Origin: a virus
IMG/VR virus record: IMGVR_UViG_3300002092_000032
Coordinates: 24,171-88,170 of that record
Direction: 5' to 3' (one strand)
Length of the DNA stretch: 64,000 bases
The number at the start of each line of letters is the position of its first letter. Positions within the stretch are counted from its first letter, which is position 1. The position numbers and the translations under genes were made by a program. Shown here piece by piece: positions 41,101 to 48,753 of this stretch. The notes below the pieces were generated by a model. The model made no database searches, had not been told where the DNA came from, and saw only the letters and a program-made list of their open reading frames with translations.

Positions 41101-44100
41101 GGTTTCCCGATCAATGGCGTCATCACTATCGGGACTGAAAGAATAAGTTACGCATTTATAGATCGTGCGATCAATACATTAGCCGGTCTAGAGCGTGGAG
41201 TAGACGGCACTACTGTAAGTGACCATCTACCGGGAGAAAAGATTTATATTGATCTTCCACCTGTCATTGTTATTAACGGTGGCTCTGGATATGCAAATCC
41301 ACCTAAGGTAACTGCTTACATAGATACTAGCAAGTATCCGGAACCAAAGAAAATAGCACAGTTTGAAACAGTAATGTATCTGGATTCAGTGTTACAGATT
41401 AATCTGGTCAGTCCTGGCGAAGGATATGTTGTTACTCCTGAACTAATAGTTGAGCCAGCTGAGATTCTGTATTTCACCAACGATGATATTGATCCTGATG
41501 CACATACTATTACTGTCTACGCACCTAATCTTCAGACTGGGGCCATGATTCAGTATGTCAATACTACGCTGTCAGACACTGGAAATCTAATCAACGGTCA
41601 ATGGTATTATGTAGGTGTCGTGTCAACTTCCCCTGACATTGTAGTAGCTCTATATTCTACATACAATAATGCTATTAATGATTATAACAGAATTCCTATT
41701 CATCAGACTGGCATTGTTGCTCCGCAATTGATGTCATTGAACCTAGGAGCAAGAGCATTTGCTGTTACCTCTTCTACTCCCACAAGAGAGAACAATATAA
41801 CGATCAAGTTTGATCGTACCTCTTACGGATCGCAAGTTCAAGACTGGGTAGAATCTGCATATTACGGATCTTACTTTGCTGGAAATTACAATAACTCCAA
41901 TGCCGTTGCTAGTTCACGATATACACTTGAAAATGTAAATCCTAACATCAATGACATCCTAGCAAGTGCCCAAGGATTTGTGCTTGAGGTAACTGATGTT
42001 GGCAATAACAGACAACTAACATGGTCTTCGTTCATTCGCTATGTCGCAAGCACGCAGAGTTCTGACAATTCCATCACCCTAATTCCACAAGACGGCAATA
42101 ATGATCCGATGAATCCAGAACCAAACGCTTCTGGTACAACAATCGGCTTCTATGTCGGCATGCCTATTAAGTTCACCGGCGCAACAGTTGGCGGACTGGT
42201 AGTCGGTGTAGAATACTATGTGCTAGCGGTTATTGATGAGTTAAACTTTACCGTCTCTGAAACAATCGGCGGATCAGTATTTGTTCTTACTACAGCTACG
42301 GTGCCTACATCTGGATTAGAGTGTATCGTCGGAGAAGTTGTTGACACTGCTATCCTGTCTGTTAACTATCCAGGCATAATGCAGGCTACTGCTACTACAG
42401 CAAGTATCAATGCGGTCACTATTCCGCTAACAGCGATAGGTACCGGCGGCACTATTGGATTCTACCCTAATCTTTCAGTATTCTTTACTGGAAATGTGTT
42501 CGGTGGTATTACAGAAAATCAAAACTATTATGTAACATCAGTCATTGATGATCAAAACTTCACTATGTCATTGACTGAGAATGCATTGACGACCGCATTG
42601 CTTGCTACCACATCTGGTACAAATATCTTGACGGTTGACTCTACTACTGGATTCACAGTCAATGATCCTATCATAATCAATACAATGGTGATTGCAGGAA
42701 GTGATGTAAAAACATTCGGTAATATAGTTTCTGGTACAACTTACTATGTTCGTCAAATACTAAACACAACTGAGATGGTCATCTCAACTGCGATTAACGG
42801 AAGTGCTTTTGTTCTTTCTACTGTGGTCGCAGCGTCGGACACTTCGGCAGTTCTTACTGATCAAAAAGATACATTGAAGCTGACCAATGAAACTGGTTCA
42901 ATGACAATCAATGTCCTTCTTCCAGTAAGTCCCGGACAAGTCAATGGTCAGTTGTTTACGCTGTATGACACCTCTACACCTTCTGTTGGAATTCCCGCAG
43001 GAACTGCAAGCAATCTAGTAGTTCAAAATGTTGCAGCCACACTTTCTACAGTGAACAGAGTAGCAATGTCAAGCACTGTTGGCTTATATGTAAATATGCC
43101 TATCAGATTCAACAATCCGATCGGTGGACTATCTACCAGCACAACCTACTATGTCTTAACTTCTGGAGTTATCACAGTCACTGTAACGAACACTTCATCA
43201 ACCGGTAACCTGATGACATGCAGTAATACTGACTCTCTGTATCTAGGTATGCCTATCGTATTTTCTGGTTATCAAATGGGCGGCATCGTCATCGGACAGA
43301 CGTATTACGTCTACTCTATTGAAAGTAACCATACTCAGTTCTCTATCTCTACGAATGGCATAACTCAGCTTCCACTTCAAGTGGATAACGGCACGATGAC
43401 AGGGACAGGGAATCAATACATAACTATCTCAGCATCTATAAGTGGATCGGTTGAACCAGTTACAGGCGGCACCTTACCAAATACTACCGTGTCACAGCAT
43501 GTAACTGCGCCGGCAACCTTTGATGTGTCATATATTTTAGGTGGGTATGTGGTAGTTGTAGCAGATCCGGGTTCTGGCTTTGCAGTCAACAACACCTTTG
43601 CGATCAGCGGAGCAGATGTAGGAGGAACTTCCCCTGCAAATGATGTCACTGTGACGGTCACTGCAATTGATGCTAACGGTGGAATCTCAACCGCGTCTGC
43701 TTCGGGTACACCGTTCGGTGCAGACTTAAGTTATTATCTAAAAGTAACTGGACCTAATCAGTTTGAAGTCTACTCTAATCCTCTGATGACTGTTCCGGTA
43801 AGTGGAATTACTTTCCCTTATAATGGTTTTACTGAAACAACTGCAACTGCGACCACAGTATCAACTAACAGGATTACAGTTGCAGATTCGTCAATATTTG
43901 CTGTGAATGATCCTGTAGTATTTACGGGAACAGTGTTTGGCAACATAGTATTAGGTGCAACTTATTACATCCTAACAAAGCCAACACCTACTACTGTCAC
44001 CGTTTCTGAAGTTCCAAATGGTAGTGTATTTGTTCTAACTACTGATACAGGTTCAATGTTGATGACTAGACCAGGAAGCTTCGCGTTCTTACCTGAGCCA

Positions 44101-46713
44101 TTCTTCTTCAATCAATCTATAGTCAAATACAACAATAGAGTATGGAGTTGCTTGATCTCTAACAATGACCCGACTTTCGTGTTTGGTAAGTGGGAACTAC
44201 TAGATTCAGGAGATAACAGATTAAACGCTATGGATAGAACTATTGGTTACTATCAACCAACTATCAATATGCCTGGGGTAGACCTAACCCAGCTGTTTGA
44301 AGGCGTGACGTATCCTAATCCGGTCTATTATGGAAATCAGTTCCAACCTTCAGAACAATATACATTAGACACCCTGCTGCAGGATCAACCGTTCACTACT
44401 ACGACACCTGCACTATATGATGTTCAAGGTGCTCCGTTCCCATTCGGTTACGGTCCAGAAGAACTGGTTCCTGGTGTCATTACAGATAACCTAGCATTGA
44501 TCGTAAATACCCGTCCCGGAACTACATGGGATGTCACAGAGTATGCTCATACCGGATATAATGTTATCTCTACTGAGTTTGCACCGGACATCGCAGGACG
44601 ATCTGTTTATAGTTTTGCAGGGATCGGGCAATATGTAGCAGCGGTATTTGTTCAACTTGTTGATCCAGTAACTGATTTAGGCACAACACTTTCTGCTAAT
44701 GACTACACGGTTAACTGGGTCACTAAAACAGTAACCCTTGATACTGCGACAACGCAAGGTTTAAGACTTGATGTGTATGAAGTTGGTAACGGCAATCAAC
44801 TCGTAAAATCCAACAGTGATACTTCTCCTATTAGAACAAGTGAAATAACTGGGTTTAATGAGATGTATTTAGACTGTGCATACAGTTCAAATGACGGCAG
44901 ATGTGTTGTTCAGCCTGGCATAAACGGCGAAGTCTGGACTGCACCTATCGCGTATCACAACGGTATGAAGTTGAACTTCGGCGCAACTAACGCAGTGACG
45001 CAAACAAGTTCAGCAGACAACTCTATCCAAACGATCTCAACTTTCGGCATGAGTGCAGGGGATACTATCATATTCAATGCAGGTATCACTGCGTTTAACT
45101 CTAATATCACTGCCTTAACAACATACTATGTAAGCAATGTCGCGTCTGCTACCTCATTTACTATCTCAACGACTGACGGTGGCCCGGAGCTAGTGCTAGC
45201 TGATGGTATCGGAACTGCATATTTCGTGACCAATGATTACGCATTCGGTACTCAACCTGAAGGCCTTTACGCAACGATTGTCTTTGCTACTGATGCATAC
45301 AACAACACGGATGACTATCTAGTGTATTCTGTATTTGGACAAACAGAGCCAGTTCAATATGGTTACACGCTTCCAGAAACACAGTATTTTACAGGAGACG
45401 GTGCAGAGACGGTATTCACCCTAACCAACTATGTCACTCAGTCAAGTGCTGATAATGCTATCGTAGAGATTGATGGAGTAAGACAAACATCTTCTTCTTA
45501 CTCCATTGACATCGTGACTAGTACTATTACTTTCGGAAGTGCTCCCGCATTAAATGCAACTATAGCAGCAACAACATACAACAACACCGGTCAACAGTAT
45601 CTCAATACTCAATACGGATTGACCGGAGATACTGTATGCATAGCAACAACTATTGCTAGTGCGTCAGCAGAAATCAGCAACGAGATTACAGTAGACTCTA
45701 CCTCCAATCTAGTACCTGGTACTCCGGTTTACTTCTCTGCAACCGGTAGCGTCAACGGAGATGATGTACTGGGAGGATTGATTCAAGGAACAGAATACTA
45801 TGTAGGTATAGTAGTAGATTCTACTAACTTCACTGTATCTGAAACAAGAAACGGAGATGTTATGGTTCTCAGCACAGACACTAATGTTGTAAATGTGTCA
45901 CAGTGGGCCCAAACTAATGTAGATCGTCTCTGGGTGACTGTTGACGGGCTACGAGTTCCTTCTTCTAAATTAGTAATATCTGATTTTAACCAGTTAAGCA
46001 TCCTAACACCGGTCTCAGGCGAGGTCATCGTGACAAGCATGGTACCTAATGCAACCCCGAACCAAGAGACATATATCAACTTCGTAAATCAAACAGGAGT
46101 TCCTGGCGTATATCGGGCAAATACTGAAGCTAGAACTTGGTTGACCCAGACACTCAATGTAGCAGATGCGGTAATGCATGTTAATAATGTCACTGCTCTT
46201 ACGACTACAGTGACACAGCAGTCAACTGTTCCTGTAGCAGAGGTTGGTTACTACTATATCGGACTTGATGCAGACAAGACAATGATATCTTATGTATCAG
46301 TGATGAATGATACGACTGTCACGCTGATAGACCCAAGCAACTATACTGTTGTCCTTGTTGATTCCGCACCATTCTTGCAAATTAATGATTCTGCGGCGAC
46401 AACAGGAAACGCTCTCACTATTACTATACTTGAAGGCAATGTAGTCTACATTGACGGAGAAGAGATCGCATTTAGTGTAGCTGATCTGGACAATAATACT
46501 TTAGGAGGTCTGCAACGCGGTGTAAATGGTACTGGTATTCGCCCTGTAATCCCAGAGTATACAGAAGTATATGGCTTGTTGTCAACTAACAAATTACGGA
46601 ATGTTTATTACGATATGACATGGAATTCATATGTGTATAATACTACTCAAGGTGATCCGCTACAGATAAGCGTCACGTATCCTGCAAGATTCTTACAAAC
46701 GGACATAACCTAA
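29119..46713 (+). CDS. Giant (5864 aa) modular virion protein, positional analogue of T4 gp7
   Basis: Uninterrupted 17.6-kb ORF straight after gp6; Thr/Ser/Asn/Gly/Tyr-rich, beta-type composition with two families of repeated modules. Confidence 0.7.
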   Translation: MATTRVRTLTFLPEIFQTPSNSQFLAATLDQLVNPPVATRIQGYVGSRFGYGVNAKDHYVTEPTKTRTDYQLDPGVVFTAPSNSTNPPAGSAVEFISYPGIIDALKLDGGATDDNSALFKSQFYSWDSFADLDKLINFNEYYWLPLGPPAVTVSASTVYSNQQYVITDLPNGYQVSIQNQVGSSINPTLTLLRGGTYTFTVNQASQFWIQTLPGTSGYEPPPNQNIYTRNVYGVTNNGAEQGTVTFNVPAADAQNEYIIPGNLVVDLVSTTPFQSINGQLLSSFENIDGVTSLEGLTVMFYGTGIDPGNPTGYVSSYFSEEGVPYDTNSSEIQAVTPLTLTVGSSSATNFTLITGDTNMFTVGSLITFDAPTFGGVNAGQFYYIGSILNSVDFTISATPGGPDLALVPGAGAMPINFDNVPRAEQNLLIGSITNISGTDYFVLSSGNTNNMVVNTTVTFNNVFGGVTAGQVYFISEIIDSVTFAVSSIIDGPSLNLTVGTCNMGVVINQGQLENGFTTTVRDNFYRVQYSGDPSNPVIRLYPAGEIPINQRITPQLGQQFRSIPFYRDALGDLLEIPAVTAPLDTLYYQDGTYANKVGIIKLIANSASNGIDVDTQILGRKNYTSPNGVVFTNGLKVQFNGNIIPSSYLTGQYYVQGVGTAIELVAVSELVCPENFTQGNYIPYDSTPFDTTNWDVELYVPVLPDYLTVARNSISRNPWSRSNRWFHIDVINATATYNNNPAILTAYATAKNKAARPIIEFYPNLKLFNTGIVGKSPVDFVDTRTILPLVDVAGALNYYPDIQVYTNATATLSAAVSATTTTITVPATSVIGEIQNLMFIADSLGELPINSQITDITGTDTLTITVTWSSPTSFAGGSNISFVASANTVNDYALFSGSRVVFAAAGEVYTASNFMVGTEYTIVTLGDTDWNDIGVIGIPTVGTKFIATGAGTGTGTASIPDPNVRNKIYVSEFSTIVPETRPVLTLTVADDGICIPETQIVAIRGYNYQGVSFWYDGVKWTESQQKITVNQAPLFDIFDSNGISLSDMAVYPSSSFVGSKLFAYGIGSGSPDSVLGFPVRYSSISNSGDISFDVSLNSDTFKYVSGSNPITENINIGYVYNYTSGTERIRQLGWQTAVAPSEQYQIFSFNYDPLRPTYNFLCDIAATPEPTGTTVAGGFVTGATYTISFSGTTDFTSFGAAANIVGEKFVANLTNPISVTSMLRNYEYTIVSLGSTNWNAIGYTGNPVIGGAFTYNGTAVVGAGTVSGATAGTGIASSVGWPTVQVYVNNVYQDPANYTVVIGSNTTNISLSTAITDHIVTSTVIQVLILSNQVSTTAYYSIPINLNSNPFNEDLTIANYGDIGNQYRDIFINAPGTTGNIYGANNFRDLGNLVPYGTKLIQNSASLVLPGAFLRSMSTNLFDSLLYNSRSYINYKQLIVDTVQNTDFVQRYTPSQILDSALDQITAAMSEINSFFWSDMLPSKTTYVSNTYTFNNGLDVSIYPLSQVYNFSSANYNGVLVYLYRVIDGVTVEKQLTTGVDYIISTTSPSLSIVIPLQDQDRVTINEYNQTYGSYVPNTPTKLGLYPSFQPGVVLDSDYLTPTYFIRGHDGSFTKLYGEYNAELGILVDFRDQALLEFELRVYNNLKLSTIVPISKFDVVPGFFRNTDYTWKEFLNIYSPAFLNWIGQNRLQYKTQYYTKNAEFSYNYTNSANKLNGAPIQQGYWRGVYEYFYDTTTPNETPWEMLGFTDQPTWWETRYGPAPYTSDNGVLWGDLEAGYVWNNGDSYVRPQCARPGLNRIIPVDSAGKLLSPLKSIVGNYNPNTFQKDWVVGDDGPTELSYRRSSTYPFDLMRIFALTKPAEFYNLGVDLDNYKYNAEFNQYLVNDRSHLIISNVPVYGNGTPATSYINWIVDYQKQQGVDATNTITTLLNNLDVRLVYRLAGYSDKDQLQFFVEKPSPTNINSSLLIPNESYSVLLYENQPFDQIMFSGVVVQQNNGYWTVFGNSQNLAYFEILDPKYSGHTETITIVKQKVKVTTSYYKTKTLIPYGTKFYNTQDLSQFLLAYGANLESKGMIFNKTQNGMVINWKQMVYEFLYWTQTGWTNGSLITLNPAATDMVIDPATALIQPLTIHEHNFILNQNLYPINLKDLCINRDGTAFNVHTLNDGDAMAYAQFNVSNFEHGIVFNNTTLFNDVIYNLVTGLRQNRISVRGTKSAEWNGTVNALGFIFNQNNIQQWNGNLKYTKGEIVIYKNKYWASQQVIEPSMTFDQLAWQEIAYDTAKQGLLANPSTRAYESTLYYDIYKANLQQDADLLAFSLIGYRPRDYLALIDLTSVAQVQVYQNMIINKGTLNAISAFKNANLPQGGIKYETFENWSIKTGDYGGVLNQNFVDFRTNQKYMTGDPSIISLTDGTGPSTPGSLQVVPTYSLFNYGRQITSENILNTTSSEPTSFLFPSAGYVNFNDVKMSSYFYSGLPTAVNRSGTIIPIQNFYVGEYLWLANFKEKWGVYGWKTIGEVTTIQNNLNQTATITFSKPHGLKALDPMAIVNFSTLVDGYYLVIQSVNLYQVIISISLPTSAPVITQGRGLGMSFESHRVATPSELINHDLTDNEFIVNTFWVDENNDGSWAVYRKTINYLYQDTLEKTQSTTLGTAVAYTPEIGYMISDAGQGKVYIYSYNALTESYVLGQTFTQDVSFGSNIVYTGNTYVITQPENTASVYIYVLNNTIATFNDLILSQTLTPTAADKVAISGDGNWVYVSNVTDNLVYVYRKDNILLDAGYFTPGQTYVITSVGDTDFTAIGAAANQLGITFVATGAGTGTGTATQITYKLANTIVGSAVGIVSGDKFSFSLSTNYNGDTLVVGAPFKDYSTTINNWGTAYTYQRTLQNFIANYTTITGNPQQFTLAWTPSTTATTVSATNATGNLITLTSATGINVNDPIIFTGNGLSGTGIEGNTVYYVKTKVSNNITLKTSRSTSSTVTVATVGSVSNLTATAQSTPLYVTRNGVLVTDNNYAVIGTQFYYTGPLLAGDIISVNDSQFTLSQELTSIYNDRPDVEFGYATDMNTFGTNILIGSPYEIDTKGEEGAVYSYINGGARYGMVIGTAECNVTGNKTVLINGYAVNLNAGNAASVANIINHSNIINVQAAATSDNKLIIQLVNTTIAPVNLKLVISAVDDTVLSELGITLYTETQIIKCPHGTGPTEFGSTIKISGNSVVISAPVGTRYEGTVFDFVNQFNLDDDTVFDNNATQFVDAYPNAGAVYMFDYLANYNENIADPGAYVYAQAVNDKSLDYGYEPRYGTALDFNANVVVVGTPDFMPSTQGGQVVSYTNGVGVSDWAVYRDSAPVVDINLIQNTQLFNATTNNTLVNLDYMDPLQGKLLGAARENLDFISGTDPAKYNVDASGQSGMLWGAEHVGRLWLNTTNIRFVNYHQNDDAVYNSQYWGAIFPGSDVAVYSWIASFVPPVNYQGPGVPYDVNTYSVNNTLNASNVISPVYYFWVRNTNIIFSQTNKTLSDSVVASYIENPRASGISYMAPLLPNTFALYNVLSYFDDTNTVFHIGFANGTTDDAYHQEFALIRENYPDDFLPGLPKISQVNAYNQYGEPTSLYARMLDSLTGCDTSGEIVPDPALPLAVQSGVQSRPKQSFFYNRFLALKNYLTYANTKLALYPIFELRAELSFLFQIGPINPSTGIPYYDTTQYWSYTNWWATGYNNSTRATIQVSFYADLSELNPPINTLVKVLQNGAGKWEIYKYNGSGHWTRVGLENGTIEFSSYLWDYAAGHLGWSGNFYDTTPFDLYPSEETRNIVRALNEQIYINDLLIYRNESLILLFEYIQSETSESQNFLPWLNKTSLLDVSHTVRELLPYETFRSDNEVFLEGYINEAKPYHVVIKDFVFTYAGTDVYQGDITDFDVPAEYNSTYQQFISPQLTYATYPSGRYEYTLTNPIWQTQPYNQWFANYGVSLTGIENYPISTLETYLTHGTREIVVDNISGFPINGVITIGTERISYAFIDRAINTLAGLERGVDGTTVSDHLPGEKIYIDLPPVIVINGGSGYANPPKVTAYIDTSKYPEPKKIAQFETVMYLDSVLQINLVSPGEGYVVTPELIVEPAEILYFTNDDIDPDAHTITVYAPNLQTGAMIQYVNTTLSDTGNLINGQWYYVGVVSTSPDIVVALYSTYNNAINDYNRIPIHQTGIVAPQLMSLNLGARAFAVTSSTPTRENNITIKFDRTSYGSQVQDWVESAYYGSYFAGNYNNSNAVASSRYTLENVNPNINDILASAQGFVLEVTDVGNNRQLTWSSFIRYVASTQSSDNSITLIPQDGNNDPMNPEPNASGTTIGFYVGMPIKFTGATVGGLVVGVEYYVLAVIDELNFTVSETIGGSVFVLTTATVPTSGLECIVGEVVDTAILSVNYPGIMQATATTASINAVTIPLTAIGTGGTIGFYPNLSVFFTGNVFGGITENQNYYVTSVIDDQNFTMSLTENALTTALLATTSGTNILTVDSTTGFTVNDPIIINTMVIAGSDVKTFGNIVSGTTYYVRQILNTTEMVISTAINGSAFVLSTVVAASDTSAVLTDQKDTLKLTNETGSMTINVLLPVSPGQVNGQLFTLYDTSTPSVGIPAGTASNLVVQNVAATLSTVNRVAMSSTVGLYVNMPIRFNNPIGGLSTSTTYYVLTSGVITVTVTNTSSTGNLMTCSNTDSLYLGMPIVFSGYQMGGIVIGQTYYVYSIESNHTQFSISTNGITQLPLQVDNGTMTGTGNQYITISASISGSVEPVTGGTLPNTTVSQHVTAPATFDVSYILGGYVVVVADPGSGFAVNNTFAISGADVGGTSPANDVTVTVTAIDANGGISTASASGTPFGADLSYYLKVTGPNQFEVYSNPLMTVPVSGITFPYNGFTETTATATTVSTNRITVADSSIFAVNDPVVFTGTVFGNIVLGATYYILTKPTPTTVTVSEVPNGSVFVLTTDTGSMLMTRPGSFAFLPEPFFFNQSIVKYNNRVWSCLISNNDPTFVFGKWELLDSGDNRLNAMDRTIGYYQPTINMPGVDLTQLFEGVTYPNPVYYGNQFQPSEQYTLDTLLQDQPFTTTTPALYDVQGAPFPFGYGPEELVPGVITDNLALIVNTRPGTTWDVTEYAHTGYNVISTEFAPDIAGRSVYSFAGIGQYVAAVFVQLVDPVTDLGTTLSANDYTVNWVTKTVTLDTATTQGLRLDVYEVGNGNQLVKSNSDTSPIRTSEITGFNEMYLDCAYSSNDGRCVVQPGINGEVWTAPIAYHNGMKLNFGATNAVTQTSSADNSIQTISTFGMSAGDTIIFNAGITAFNSNITALTTYYVSNVASATSFTISTTDGGPELVLADGIGTAYFVTNDYAFGTQPEGLYATIVFATDAYNNTDDYLVYSVFGQTEPVQYGYTLPETQYFTGDGAETVFTLTNYVTQSSADNAIVEIDGVRQTSSSYSIDIVTSTITFGSAPALNATIAATTYNNTGQQYLNTQYGLTGDTVCIATTIASASAEISNEITVDSTSNLVPGTPVYFSATGSVNGDDVLGGLIQGTEYYVGIVVDSTNFTVSETRNGDVMVLSTDTNVVNVSQWAQTNVDRLWVTVDGLRVPSSKLVISDFNQLSILTPVSGEVIVTSMVPNATPNQETYINFVNQTGVPGVYRANTEARTWLTQTLNVADAVMHVNNVTALTTTVTQQSTVPVAEVGYYYIGLDADKTMISYVSVMNDTTVTLIDPSNYTVVLVDSAPFLQINDSAATTGNALTITILEGNVVYIDGEEIAFSVADLDNNTLGGLQRGVNGTGIRPVIPEYTEVYGLLSTNKLRNVYYDMTWNSYVYNTTQGDPLQISVTYPARFLQTDIT

Positions 46714-46715
46714 AT

Positions 46716-46723
46716 GATAAATA
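46716..46723 (+). promoter_or_regulatory. Late promoter motif GATAAATA
   Basis: Immediately after the giant-gene stop, 5 nt before the ATG at 46729. Confidence 0.55.
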
Positions 46724-46728
46724 AAGAA

Positions 46729-46881
46729 ATGAATACACATAAATCTAACAATAACGGAACTAGCAACAGCCCCTCAAATGCTAAACCAAATGAGGTTGGG
46801 GGTATCTATTTTTCTTCTGGAGTGAAGATTTTTGACCCTAATACAAAAGAAGTTTTAGTGCAAAAAAGAGGGGATGACTAA
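46729..46881 (+). CDS. 50-aa protein missing from the ORF track
   Basis: MNTHKSNNNGTSNSPSNAKPNEVGGIYFSSGVKIFDPNTKEVLVQKRGDD*; fills the gap and overlaps the next ATG (TAATG). Confidence 0.65.
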   Translation: MNTHKSNNNGTSNSPSNAKPNEVGGIYFSSGVKIFDPNTKEVLVQKRGDD

Positions 46882-47501
46882 TGTCTGTGATCAACTTGTC
46901 ACTCAAGGTCGAGGGCTTTATCAAAATCTTTGATCCAAATACAGGTGAGATTCTTGTAGAAAAGAAAAATGCTATAAACTACGAAAATATGTCAGAAGCC
47001 ATTGCTGATACCCTCAGTGATCGTGGATTTGGTTATATCTATCAGATGGCATTTGGTAACGGTGCATCATCTATAGATGAGACCGGTGTCATCACATATC
47101 TTCCACCCAACACGACTGGTCAAAACGCTGCTCTCTATAATGAGACATATGCGAAAATCGTAGATGATACGAGCGTATTCAACTTAGATCCGACTAGAAA
47201 CAAGATGACGGTGCTGCATACTTCTGGTAACCTGTACACAGACATTGTAGTACAGTGCCTATTAGATTACGGCGAACCAGCTGGACAAATGGCTTTTGAC
47301 AACAGCACATCAACAGATTCATCATATATTTTTGATGAACTAGGTCTGCTAGCCAACTACGGCGTAGATGTTAACGGAAATCCTATTACAAGACTATTGA
47401 CACATGTGGTATTTCACCCGGTGCAAAAATCTTTGAATAGACAAATTCAAATTGACTATACTGTCCGAATCCAGAGCCTTACCAATCTAGTTACTATTTA
47501 A
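46881..47501 (+). CDS. Conserved virion structural protein (baseplate/fibre-attachment type)
   Basis: 206 aa; FGNGAS, LDYGEP.GQ, FDELGL and THVVFHPVQKSLNRQIQIDYTVRI motifs; lies between the giant protein and the fibre genes. Confidence 0.55.
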   Translation: MSVINLSLKVEGFIKIFDPNTGEILVEKKNAINYENMSEAIADTLSDRGFGYIYQMAFGNGASSIDETGVITYLPPNTTGQNAALYNETYAKIVDDTSVFNLDPTRNKMTVLHTSGNLYTDIVVQCLLDYGEPAGQMAFDNSTSTDSSYIFDELGLLANYGVDVNGNPITRLLTHVVFHPVQKSLNRQIQIDYTVRIQSLTNLVTI

Positions 47502-47520
47502 CCTTAGCGAGAGTGTAGAA

Positions 47521-48723
47521 GTGTCATATCAAATCTATAGAACAAATGGTACTCTACTAACGACCGTCCCTGACGGCACTGCCAATACCACCAGCACTTC
47601 CTTAACACTACCGGGTAGAAGTTATCCGGGCTATGGTCTAGTCGTTGATACTAACTTTGTCCATCAACTAGAAAACTTTTCCAATGTTTCCCCTCCACCG
47701 AACCCAATTGTAGGTCAATTATGGTATAACACTGCTAATAGCACTCTACATATTTGTCCTCTGGATGGTATAACAAGCGAAGGACAGTGGCTTCAGATTC
47801 CAATAACAAGCAGTGACGGCAACACTACATTAAGGAATGTGATCGTGACTGGTAATGTGACCGTTGCCGGAACTATTACTGCTGCACTATTTTCAGGATC
47901 AGGTGCTAACCTAACTAACTTAAATGCCGCTAACATTGTCGGCGTGGTTGCATTCGCTAATGTTGCTAGTGTCGCGAATACGGTTGCAGGTGCTAATGTT
48001 ACAGGCACTGTCGCTAACGCAGCATATGCAACAACTTCAGGCACAGCGAATACGGTTGCAGGTGCTAATGTTACAGGCACTGTCGCTAATGCAGCATATG
48101 CAACAACTTCAGGCACCGCTGACATCGCGAATGCAGTTGCAGGTGTTAATGTTACAGGCACTGTCGCTAATGCAACATATGCTGTCAGTGCAGGAAGTGC
48201 TGGATATTCATCTACTGCAATCACTGTAACTGCAAATAGTCAACCGAACATTAATATATTGACCTCGCTCACTACCATAAGCACCGGCGCGAATACTACA
48301 CCGGGTACTATCACGGGTACATGGTCACTAAGCACTGGCTCAAGACTCATCGCGACGTATGCTGACTTAGCAGAATATTATGAAGCAGATGAGGAATATG
48401 AACCAGGAACAGTAGTAGAGTTTGGTGGAGAAAAAGAAGTCACACTAGCAGAAGATTCCACTAATAGAGTAGCCGGTGTCATCTCTACTGATCCTGCCTA
48501 TATCATGAATGGCACCTGTTCTGGTATCGCGGTAGCGATTGCCCTTCAAGGTCGAGTGCCATGTAAAGTGATCGGCAACATCAAGAAAGGTGACATGCTT
48601 GTTAGTGCCGGCGGGGGATATGCAAAAGCATCAACTGATCCTAAGATGGGAACAGTTATTGGAAAAGCACTTCAAAGTCATTCAGGTCAAGGTATGATTG
48701 AAGTGGCTATCGGTAGACTATAA
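47521..48723 (+). CDS. Tail fibre/appendage protein with a C-terminal intramolecular-chaperone (Peptidase G2-like) domain
   Basis: N-terminal ENF...PNPIVGQLWYNT attachment domain; C-terminal YADLAEYY...GVISTDPAY...ALQGRVPCKV...KGDMLV...VIGKAL. Confidence 0.7.
   Translation: MSYQIYRTNGTLLTTVPDGTANTTSTSLTLPGRSYPGYGLVVDTNFVHQLENFSNVSPPPNPIVGQLWYNTANSTLHICPLDGITSEGQWLQIPITSSDGNTTLRNVIVTGNVTVAGTITAALFSGSGANLTNLNAANIVGVVAFANVASVANTVAGANVTGTVANAAYATTSGTANTVAGANVTGTVANAAYATTSGTADIANAVAGVNVTGTVANATYAVSAGSAGYSSTAITVTANSQPNINILTSLTTISTGANTTPGTITGTWSLSTGSRLIATYADLAEYYEADEEYEPGTVVEFGGEKEVTLAEDSTNRVAGVISTDPAYIMNGTCSGIAVAIALQGRVPCKVIGNIKKGDMLVSAGGGYAKASTDPKMGTVIGKALQSHSGQGMIEVAIGRL
47974..48182. repeat. 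72-bp tandem repeat x3 (ANTVAGANVTGTVANAAYATTSGT)
   Basis: Near-identical copies at 47974 and 48046; third copy at 48127 after a 9-bp insertion. Confidence 0.9.
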
Positions 48724-48731
48724 GATAAATA
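48724..48731 (+). promoter_or_regulatory. Late promoter motif GATAAATA
   Basis: Immediately after the stop of the first fibre gene and upstream of its paralogue. Confidence 0.55.
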
Positions 48732-48753
48732 AGTAGAACGAGGCGATTCACAG

